This document shows positions 56,127 through 64,000 of a stretch of 64,000 bases of DNA, piece after piece (within the stretch, counting starts at the first letter, position 1; each line of letters begins with the position of its first letter). The stretch lies in IMG/VR virus record IMGVR_UViG_3300011113_000123, positions 93,581-157,580 of that record. One strand, given 5' to 3'. The notes under the pieces are model-generated. The model had not been told where the DNA came from. It made no database searches and saw nothing but the letters and a program-made list of their open reading frames with translations. Both the position numbers and the translations under genes were made by a program. This DNA comes from a virus.

Positions 56127-56915
56127 ATGGCTAAAATTACAGTCAATAAGCTAACCACATCGAACACTGTTCCGACTATTACAGGAACAGTGGAGTTCGA
56201 GCGATTTGATGCGAACAAGAACCCAAAAGAAACTATCCAAGTCGTTCTGAACTTCAATACGTATAAGCTGTTCGAGAACGGTCTAGGAATCGACGAAACT
56301 AAAACGCCAACTGTATGGAAGTTGCAAATTGGTTCGCCGATGTTTCCTGGAACGTACGACGTAGAAGCTAACGTAGTCGAAGTTGCTACCAATAGAATCG
56401 TTGCTTCCGATGAAACTGTTGATGAACTTACGATTCAAACTCAACAAGCAGCCACAGGATTCACTCCTCCTAAGCCAACGATCGCTCAGAAAGTAGCAAC
56501 CATCGCTGGATTGCTAGGAGCAGTCAATAGTCTATTTGGTGGTCAGAATGGTATTAGCCCGCTGCCGTCGGTGCATCCTACAGAAGACGACGACTCTTCG
56601 ACTGCGCTCGCTGGTAGAGGTAAAGAAGAAAGACCGCAAGATCCTCGCGTCAAGAGTCAGGATAAAACTAGAGTCAGAGGTAATCCTGCAACTCCTCCGC
56701 AAGTAGGTAACGATAAAACTAGCAATCAGAGTTTATCCATGGGAACGCAGGAGGTTACTTCTCCAGAACAGTTAGATCAACTCGCTAATGATTTTTCATG
56801 GTTGAACCCATCGGACGCATATGAAAATGCTACGAATAATGTAAGATCTTTGATTGATACAGGAGCAGCAACGGCTGTGAATCCATACGGTAACATTGGT
56901 ACATCATTAGGATAA
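56127..56915 (+). CDS. Hypothetical protein between gp5 halves (possibly Ig-like N-terminus)
   Basis: PTITGT...PGTYDVEA. Confidence 0.55.
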   Translation: MAKITVNKLTTSNTVPTITGTVEFERFDANKNPKETIQVVLNFNTYKLFENGLGIDETKTPTVWKLQIGSPMFPGTYDVEANVVEVATNRIVASDETVDELTIQTQQAATGFTPPKPTIAQKVATIAGLLGAVNSLFGGQNGISPLPSVHPTEDDDSSTALAGRGKEERPQDPRVKSQDKTRVRGNPATPPQVGNDKTSNQSLSMGTQEVTSPEQLDQLANDFSWLNPSDAYENATNNVRSLIDTGAATAVNPYGNIGTSLG

Positions 56916-56924
56916 GGAAACGTT

Positions 56925-57656
56925 ATGGCTAAATGGGACGAAAAAGCACCTGGTGGCAAAAAGACTGAGTATCTGGGTAATCACACGATTACAACAGAAG
57001 CTGGTCACATGGTTGAAATTGATAATACGCCAGGCGATCGCCGCGTAAAGATTTATCATGCAAAGGGTACTGTCATCGAAGTTCATGATGACGGAGCCAT
57101 GATTACTACAGTCAAAGGGCTGACACAAAATTTCCACGATAAGGGATTAGAAGAGCGCGTTAAAGGCGATTTCAAAATCATTGTCGACGGAAACGTGGAT
57201 ATGCGCGTCACAGGAAATATGCGTCACAAGATTGACGGAGACTATAATCTAGACTGCAAAAATCTATACGTGAAGGTTGGTGGGCTTGAATCGCGCGAAG
57301 TCGTCGGTGAGCAGCGTGTACAGGTCAACGGTAAGCAGACGCACCGAGTGTCGGGTGATCGTGAAACTATTACGGGTGGCGGGCATGTTGAGTCTGTAGG
57401 CGCAGATGCTAAAGCTACTGTGACTGGCGAAAACACTGCGATCACAGGCGGCAACTCGCTCATCATGACTGGCGGTGAACAGACTATCAGCTCAGGCGGA
57501 TCGATGGGTATCGGTGGATCCGCTGTCGGTATCGCTTCTACTGGAACGACTTCTGTAGTTGCTATGGGAGGATTGCAGCTAGGATTCTCTGACGAAGTTG
57601 GTGGTCCAGTCAGTCAAACGACGGTCAAGGGTACCCAGATTCAATTGAACCCATAA
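56925..57656 (+). CDS. gp5 C-terminal beta-helix spike
   Basis: TEAGHMVEIDNTPG..RV..YH..GT; 8-residue V.G repeats; QIQLNP. Confidence 0.85.
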   Translation: MAKWDEKAPGGKKTEYLGNHTITTEAGHMVEIDNTPGDRRVKIYHAKGTVIEVHDDGAMITTVKGLTQNFHDKGLEERVKGDFKIIVDGNVDMRVTGNMRHKIDGDYNLDCKNLYVKVGGLESREVVGEQRVQVNGKQTHRVSGDRETITGGGHVESVGADAKATVTGENTAITGGNSLIMTGGEQTISSGGSMGIGGSAVGIASTGTTSVVAMGGLQLGFSDEVGGPVSQTTVKGTQIQLNP

Positions 57657-57666
57657 TGGATAAACG

Positions 57667-58983
57667 ATGACAGAACTATCAGCAGATCAAATATCATTGT
57701 ACGAACGATACGCTCAGTTGCAGCGAGAAGTGAAGGAACAGCCTCCGCTTGTTCCTGGTGATAAGTACATCGTAAAAGGTGTTCAATACGTATACACGGG
57801 TGTGAACGAAACGGCTGAAATGCTGGATGACTTGAGTAGCTTCAATCCAGCGTATGTTAACATGGGTGCTGCAAAACAAATGATGCAGTATCCTAGTCAA
57901 CCATATCGTCCACCAACGTTCCAGCTCAATCCTACTATTGCGACAGGATTAGCGGCGCTACAATTGGCTGGTCAGATCAATAATCTTACAGGCGTTCTAA
58001 GCAACTTTCTCCCTCCTGGGCTTGATGCACCAGTGGAAGCAGTAAAGAATGCTATCAGTCAAGTCACTGGTCAGATTCCAGGAATCAGCGGTCCTGCGAA
58101 AGAAATTACACAAAAGATTGGTCAAGTGAATGCGCTGATTAATATGGCTGCAAAAGGACCAACATCGCTTATCTTTGCAGCTATCAAATCAAATTTCCTG
58201 TCAGACATTCCTGGTGTAGGTGAACTTGCGAGCCAAATTAGCTTACCCTCAGAAGTCGCGCAGCTTGCTTCTCTTGCTGCGAATCCAGTTGCATTTGCGG
58301 CTAAAGCTGCAGGCATTCAAGCGCAGTTTCCTATGGTCAACGTGAACGCTATCGCGGGCGATCTTGTTAAGAGCGCAGCATCTGGGCGCCCACCTAATAT
58401 CGCAGCGATGGTACCTAACATGGTTATGGCTGCATCTGGATTAATGAAGATGCTACCAGGACCAGGTAAGACGCCAGTCAAGGATGCTAAGGCTCCGCAG
58501 AAAATCGCGAAGCCGCCTAAGCCCAAAGATGCAGTCGAGATGAAAAATTTGTTTGCTGAAGGTGCGGCTGGATCTGCGTTGTCGACGCTAACTCAACCGC
58601 TATCTGCATTCATGGGATTGATGTCAACTATTCCTAACATGACGAATCGTGTCGCGGATACTCCTGCAAAAACTGCGCTGGGAAATAAACTTAATACGAC
58701 GGCCAACACAGCTAACTGGGGTTCGGGTGGATACGGTAAGAACAAAGAGTTTGCCGAGCAGGAGCGTAAGCGCCTAGAGTATAGCGCCAAAATTGAAAAG
58801 AACACAGCCGAGCTGCTGGAGATGGTAGACTATAGCAAGCTGACTCAGTACAGCTATCAGGATCTTATTAAGAAGTATCCTCGTATCACGGGAACTATGA
58901 CGGTTGCAGAAGCACTAACTATCATTGAGGAAGATGATGCGAAAGCAGCAGCTAAAGCTAACACAGCAACAACTACGGTATAA
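57667..58983 (+). CDS. Hypothetical structural-region protein
   Basis: Long Ala-rich ORF in the baseplate operon. Confidence 0.6.
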   Translation: MTELSADQISLYERYAQLQREVKEQPPLVPGDKYIVKGVQYVYTGVNETAEMLDDLSSFNPAYVNMGAAKQMMQYPSQPYRPPTFQLNPTIATGLAALQLAGQINNLTGVLSNFLPPGLDAPVEAVKNAISQVTGQIPGISGPAKEITQKIGQVNALINMAAKGPTSLIFAAIKSNFLSDIPGVGELASQISLPSEVAQLASLAANPVAFAAKAAGIQAQFPMVNVNAIAGDLVKSAASGRPPNIAAMVPNMVMAASGLMKMLPGPGKTPVKDAKAPQKIAKPPKPKDAVEMKNLFAEGAAGSALSTLTQPLSAFMGLMSTIPNMTNRVADTPAKTALGNKLNTTANTANWGSGGYGKNKEFAEQERKRLEYSAKIEKNTAELLEMVDYSKLTQYSYQDLIKKYPRITGTMTVAEALTIIEEDDAKAAAKANTATTTV

Positions 58984-58985
58984 TC

Positions 58986-59279
58986 ATGGGTAATCCTATT
59001 CACAGACAAGACGACTCAAGATCATGTGGCGCAACTACGGTTGTATCAGGACAGTCGACCGTATATGCTGGTGGGAAACTTGTGGCTGTCGATAAAGATA
59101 AGAATAGCCATGGCGGAGGTGATCTAACAGCAGCCACTAAGAACGTTTTCATTAACGGTAAGATGGTAGTCAACGTTGGTGATAGCGCATCAGCTGATGA
59201 TCTATGCCCTACAGCAGGAGGTGCGCATTGTGCGCCATCAGCATCATCTGGCTTAGGTACTGTTATCGTTGGTGATTGA
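58986..59279 (+). CDS. PAAR spike tip protein (gp5.4)
   Basis: PIHRQDD..CG, VFING, HC..SASSG..TVIVGD. Confidence 0.85.
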   Translation: MGNPIHRQDDSRSCGATTVVSGQSTVYAGGKLVAVDKDKNSHGGGDLTAATKNVFINGKMVVNVGDSASADDLCPTAGGAHCAPSASSGLGTVIVGD

Positions 59280-59375
59280 GAATATACTGACGGCTCACTA
59301 CAAGTTCTATTATAATGGTAAAGTATCTAGTTGTCAAGGGTTTTTTCTGTAATAAATAACAGAAAGGAATAATAG

Positions 59376-59792
59376 ATGAAAAGACCCGTACCAGCTTCAC
59401 TAAAGAAAATCACGTATCGTGACTTCGATTTGCAGTTTCGTCGCCATCCTTCTACAGGCAAACTGCTGATTAAGAAGGAAGACGAGGCTGTGAAGCAGGC
59501 TCTTAAGAATCTCATTCTGACCAATCACTACGAGCGCCCGTTTCGCCCAGAATTTGGAGGCAATGTAAGGGCTCGTTTGTTCGACTTGTTCACATCTTTC
59601 ACGCAAGCTGATTTTGAGAATTTAATCTTAAACGCTATTGAAAACTATGAACCCAGAGCGATTGTTGATAACAGCTCGGTTAACGTCATAGAGAATCCAG
59701 ACGGAAACTCAATGACTATTATTATTCGTTTCCGTAATGCGATTACTCTTAATGATCTTCAGCTAGACATCAATCTCAATAGGGTTCGCTAA
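59376..59792 (+). CDS. Baseplate wedge subunit (gp25)
   Basis: YRDFDL.F..HP, NLILT..ERPF.P.FG, IENYEPR. Confidence 0.92.
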   Translation: MKRPVPASLKKITYRDFDLQFRRHPSTGKLLIKKEDEAVKQALKNLILTNHYERPFRPEFGGNVRARLFDLFTSFTQADFENLILNAIENYEPRAIVDNSSVNVIENPDGNSMTIIIRFRNAITLNDLQLDINLNRVR

Positions 59793-61684
59793 TGGCCACA
59801 ACTACAGATCTTGTTGTAACTGGATTAGACTTCGACACGATTCGCGCCAATCTGCGAAACTATATCGCATCGAAGCCAGAGTTCACAGACTACGACTTCA
59901 CAGACTCTGCGCTAGGTACGCTGCTCGATCTGCTTGCGTATAACACATACTACAACGCATTCTACGTTAACATGGCTACGAACGAGGGATTCCTCGACAC
60001 GGCTCAGTTGTATGATAGTGTGGTATCACATGCGAAAGCTCTGGGATATAAACCAACTTCAGCGCGCAGTGCTACTGCGAACGTGAAAATCATTTTCACT
60101 GCAAGCACAGCCAACTCCTCGTTCCGTTCTATTCGTGTTCCTAAGAATACACGATTCACAACTTCAGTGAACGGCGCTGTGTATATTTTCGTAACTCCAC
60201 AAACGTACACAATCACAGCCAATACTGAGGGTGGTTTTGCGTCGCATATCGATATCGCTGAAGGTACGCCACTCACACATCGTTTCTTGTTCGATAGAAC
60301 ATCTAACACGTCATTCGTCCTTCCTAATAGAAACATTGATACTACGAGCATCACTGTTTCAGTAACAACTAACGGTAACGTTCAAACATACGTTCCTGCT
60401 AACGATGTCATGACTACGAACTCACTGTCGCAGGTATTCTTTATCGAAGCTGACAGAGAAGAAAAGTTTAAGGTCGTATTTGGTGATGGCGTACTAGCCA
60501 AGCAACCGCAAACTGCATCTGTCGTTACTATCTCATATAGAGTATGTAACGGCTCTATTCCTAATGGAGCTAACTCATACACGCTGATTGACTCTACGAT
60601 TGATGGGCAGAGTAATATCACTATCGTTCCTGTAGGAAGAGCTTCTGGTGGAGCTGAGATTGAATCTATCGAGTCTGTTCGCTATAACGCGCCGCGTCTG
60701 TATGAAACACAGAACCGCAGCGTAACGGCTGACGACTATAAGAGAATTCTATTGCGCGATAATCCAGATATCGAAGCTATCAGCGTATGGGGTGGCGAAG
60801 AAAACAATCCGCCTATCTACGGTAAGGTGTTCGTGAGCGCGAAGCCTAAAAACACTACAGTCTTTTCTCAGAATAGAAAACAAGAAATCGTAAACAACAT
60901 CCGTAAGTATAACGTACAGTCGATCGACATTGAAGTCACAGATCCAACATATCTGTACATCGTACCAGAAGTTACAGTACGATATGATCCTAATCTGACG
61001 ACTCTGAGTCCAGGCGAATTAGCTAACGCTATCGCCAACAGAATCTTATTGTTTGAATCTCAGTTCTTGTCTAATTTTGATAAGAGCTTCCGCTATTCAC
61101 GTTTCCTTGACTGGATCGATTCTACAGATGATTCTATCAAGACGACAAATGCTAATATTCGTATGAGAAAGTTTTTCACACCTTCGTTAACAGGTGTGAA
61201 CACATATACTATCAACTTTAATAATGCTATCCAGAAACTAGGTCCAGCTGAGTTGATCAGTGGTGTTTCTCGTCATCCAGGATACGGTAGCGTAACTTCT
61301 TCACCGTTTACTTACTCTGAGCAAGAATCGTATTTTGACGATAATGGGTTTGGTACACTAAGGATCTACTATCGTTCAGGAGCTGGCGTCCTAGGTCGTG
61401 TTTATACTGCGTTCAACGCAGGAACCGTAGATTATACTTCAGGAACAATGACTATTGGCTCATTCCTGCCATCAGCATTTAGTGGTTCAGGAATCTCGTT
61501 GTTCGCTTCACCAGTATCACCTAACATCACTCCAGTGAGAAATCAGATTCTGCTGCTTTCGCAGACTAGAGTTGATCTAGTAGATGACAATACAAATCAA
61601 ACGTTGGCTGTGTCTTCGAACATTGATACGATCGGACAAACAGCAACAATCCAAACACCTTCTATTAGATTGTATAACTTCTAA
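59792..61684 (+). CDS. Baseplate wedge subunit (gp6)
   Basis: LDFD.I..NL, LAYNTYYN, FGDG, GGAEIES, QNRSVTADDY, WGGEEN.PP.YGKVF. Confidence 0.93.
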   Translation: MATTTDLVVTGLDFDTIRANLRNYIASKPEFTDYDFTDSALGTLLDLLAYNTYYNAFYVNMATNEGFLDTAQLYDSVVSHAKALGYKPTSARSATANVKIIFTASTANSSFRSIRVPKNTRFTTSVNGAVYIFVTPQTYTITANTEGGFASHIDIAEGTPLTHRFLFDRTSNTSFVLPNRNIDTTSITVSVTTNGNVQTYVPANDVMTTNSLSQVFFIEADREEKFKVVFGDGVLAKQPQTASVVTISYRVCNGSIPNGANSYTLIDSTIDGQSNITIVPVGRASGGAEIESIESVRYNAPRLYETQNRSVTADDYKRILLRDNPDIEAISVWGGEENNPPIYGKVFVSAKPKNTTVFSQNRKQEIVNNIRKYNVQSIDIEVTDPTYLYIVPEVTVRYDPNLTTLSPGELANAIANRILLFESQFLSNFDKSFRYSRFLDWIDSTDDSIKTTNANIRMRKFFTPSLTGVNTYTINFNNAIQKLGPAELISGVSRHPGYGSVTSSPFTYSEQESYFDDNGFGTLRIYYRSGAGVLGRVYTAFNAGTVDYTSGTMTIGSFLPSAFSGSGISLFASPVSPNITPVRNQILLLSQTRVDLVDDNTNQTLAVSSNIDTIGQTATIQTPSIRLYNF

Positions 61685-64000
61685 TGGCTATCGCAGGATC
61701 AGAAGAGATATTCAAAAAGATTTCTTCGCAAATCGATACTCAGTTCCCTGGGTTCGTGCGCGAGGAAGGTCCTCAATTCGTCGCGTTCCTACGCGCATAC
61801 TTTGAATACATGGAGCAAAACGGTAAAGCTACACATGCAGCCCGTTCTCTTCGTGACAATCAGGACATCGATAGGACCGTTGACTCTTTCGTAGAGTATT
61901 TCCGCAAACAGTTTATGCTGAACATTCCTAAGAACGTTCTTGCTGATAAACGTTTGCTGACTAAGCATATCCGCGAGTTTTATCGTACTCGCGGCTCGCA
62001 AGAGTCATATCGTTTCCTATTTCGTGCGCTGTTCAATCAGGAAATTGATTTCTATTATCCTGGCGATGACATCCTTCGCGCGTCTGATGGTCGTTGGGTG
62101 CAGGAAACGCGTCTTCGTGTTGGTTCTCCATCAAACATCAATCCTAGAACGTTAGAAGGAAAACGTATTCGTGGTGTTACTTCTGGAGCCACTGCGTTCG
62201 TAGAAGATATCGTAGCGACTGAGGCTCTTGGTCTTTTGGTCTATGATATGACAGTTCGAAATGTGGCAGGATTGTTTATCGACGGCGAGCGAATCGTTAA
62301 TGTTGATAATACTAACCAGTTCACTACAGTCAATTCTCAAGTTGGTTCTATTATTGATCTAGACGTAGTTGACGGTGGTGCGTTTCACAATCTAGGCGAT
62401 AGAGTACAAATCAGTGGTGCAGGTTCAACTGAAGATGCGACAGCTCTAATTACAGAAGTAACAAACAGAAGCGCAGTCACATTAAAAATCGCAAAGGCTG
62501 GATCTGGGTACACAAAAGAGTTTTCTCGTCTAGTAATTACAGGTGGTAATGGCGTAGGCCTAGAAGCTAAGATCGAATCGTATACGTCACAGCCAATCGC
62601 AGGGCTTTCTATTAATACAGATATCATTGGACCGATGAGAAATGTTCCATTGAACACTCCATCGTTCTTCGTTCGTCGTGGCGCAAACACAGCTAGAGTT
62701 GCGAACAAACTAACAGGCACTGTAGCGACTTCAACAGTTTCTAATACGATCACAGGAACGGGAACTGCATTCACAACTCAGCTTGTTGTAGGTGATATCG
62801 TTCGTATTATTGGTGTGGCTAATACGGCTCGTGTTCATTCAATTACAAATGCTACTTCATTTGTTTCTACGTTTACTCCTTTCCAGAACGTAACTGGCGC
62901 AAACGCATATATCAAGCTGGCTGGAGCTAACGTTAGCTCAAGACTTGTTACGGCGCTAACATTTAGCAACACAGCACTTTTCTCGATCAATGCAATCACG
63001 TTGATCAATCCAGGTCGAGGATATAGCACATCTCTACCTACAGTTACGGTTGTAGATGATTTCATCAAAAGATTGAATTTATCTGATGGTTTTGGTAACA
63101 TCTTGGGTAACAATGCGGTTATCATAGCCAATAATGCTCCAGGTACGATTACTAAACTGCGCGTCACATCTTCTGGTGCTAATTTCAATAAGTACGAAGA
63201 CGCGATTGTTTTTAACTCAACACAATCGAATGCTGCGTTCGTAGAAACACAAAGTAGTTCATTTGCTAACGGAAGTTCAAGCTCTCGATATCTTAATCGT
63301 AAGAAAACGTTTTCTGCAACTGGTAAAGCCAAACCGTCAGGATTCGTTTCGTTCCCAGGTCGATATATCGATACGAAAGGTTTCCTGAGCTGGAATAACA
63401 GACTGCAAGATAACTTCTACTATCAGGAGTTTTCTTACGTTATCCGCGTCGATAAGATGCTCAGCAAGTATCGCGACATCATTAAAGCTGTGTTGCATCC
63501 TGCTGGCGCGAAGATGTTTGGTGATTACATCATCACGTCTTCAGCGAACGTAGTTATTACTCTAATCGACGAAGCACCAAGCGTTTCTCGAGGTGTTTCT
63601 ACGGAAATCATTTCTGCGACCGCTACGCATACTGCGACTGCTACATTCAGTGCAGGAATGTCTGTAACAGAAAGTATCACTGCTACAGAATCGCTGATCG
63701 GGACTTTTAATGCTAACACAGCTATAGTTGAGGCGATCACTTCAACAGAAACTTCGAGCGCGACATTTAACGCCAGCGGAATCGCTACTGAAGCAGCAAC
63801 TTCAACAGAATCTGTCAATGCGACATTTAACGCCAACACTTCTATCACTGAAGCTGCTACTACAACAGAAACTGCTGTCGGAACGTTCACAGCTAACACT
63901 GCAAGAGTTGAATCAATTACAGTTGCAGCTGCTGAAAACGCAACATATGATGCCAATACAGCTATAACAGAATCTGTTACCACGACTGAACTACAACAGG
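61684..64000 (+). CDS. Baseplate wedge protein (gp7-like), runs off the window end
   Basis: Open frame from ATG 61684: QFPGFVREEGPQFVAFLRAYFEYME...SDGRW...LQDNFYYQEFSY...HPAG.KMFG. Confidence 0.85.
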   Translation, partial: MAIAGSEEIFKKISSQIDTQFPGFVREEGPQFVAFLRAYFEYMEQNGKATHAARSLRDNQDIDRTVDSFVEYFRKQFMLNIPKNVLADKRLLTKHIREFYRTRGSQESYRFLFRALFNQEIDFYYPGDDILRASDGRWVQETRLRVGSPSNINPRTLEGKRIRGVTSGATAFVEDIVATEALGLLVYDMTVRNVAGLFIDGERIVNVDNTNQFTTVNSQVGSIIDLDVVDGGAFHNLGDRVQISGAGSTEDATALITEVTNRSAVTLKIAKAGSGYTKEFSRLVITGGNGVGLEAKIESYTSQPIAGLSINTDIIGPMRNVPLNTPSFFVRRGANTARVANKLTGTVATSTVSNTITGTGTAFTTQLVVGDIVRIIGVANTARVHSITNATSFVSTFTPFQNVTGANAYIKLAGANVSSRLVTALTFSNTALFSINAITLINPGRGYSTSLPTVTVVDDFIKRLNLSDGFGNILGNNAVIIANNAPGTITKLRVTSSGANFNKYEDAIVFNSTQSNAAFVETQSSSFANGSSSSRYLNRKKTFSATGKAKPSGFVSFPGRYIDTKGFLSWNNRLQDNFYYQEFSYVIRVDKMLSKYRDIIKAVLHPAGAKMFGDYIITSSANVVITLIDEAPSVSRGVSTEIISATATHTATATFSAGMSVTESITATESLIGTFNANTAIVEAITSTETSSATFNASGIATEAATSTESVNATFNANTSITEAATTTETAVGTFTANTARVESITVAAAENATYDANTAITESVTTTELQQ
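63661..64000 (+). repeat. Degenerate 60-bp (20-aa) tandem repeats in the gp7-like gene
   Basis: SVTESITATESLIGTFNANT / AIVEAITSTETSSATFNASG / IATEAATSTESVNATFNANT / ... Confidence 0.8.

Noticed and set aside
61789-63983. Minus-strand ORFs at the window end
   Set aside because: Shadows of the plus-strand gp7-like frame, which the track omits because it has no stop in the window.

Overview
A 64-kb segment of a large T4-like myovirus genome. It carries gp33, gp59, gp32, rnh, gp1, gp2, gp4, gp48, gp53, gp5, gp5.4, gp25, gp6 and a gp7-like gene, plus TATAAATA late promoters and TTGACA-N17-TANNNT early promoters. Several signals point to an alphaproteobacterial host: a two-piece permuted tmRNA with a GGCAGUA T-loop, a tRNA-His without G-1 and with U72/A73, and Omp25-like and YccA genes. 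Layout: 1-6.7 kb envelope/glycan accessory genes; 5.9-14 kb a tRNA region (27 tRNAs, plus a 28th at 40.5 kb, together covering all 20 amino acids) whose spacers hold tRNA-like and other structured RNAs; 22.9-27.1 kb a TET/JBP dioxygenase, NDP-sugar and glycosyltransferase DNA-hypermodification cassette; 28-37 kb small early genes; 39.5-40.2 kb tmRNA; 45.6-64 kb tail and baseplate genes. The top finding is an HNH homing endonuclease gene, with its own late promoter, inside the excised intervening segment of the circularly permuted tmRNA gene. It is looped out by a 13-bp helix that continues the acceptor stem, so it would be an intron-like insertion removed by tRNA-type processing rather than splicing. 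The second is an ArfA-like ORF and two other ORFs that overlap tRNA 5' ends, so RNase P cleavage would make their mRNAs nonstop (tmRNA substrates). All calls come from manual reading of the sequence. No database search was run, so novelty is unverified.
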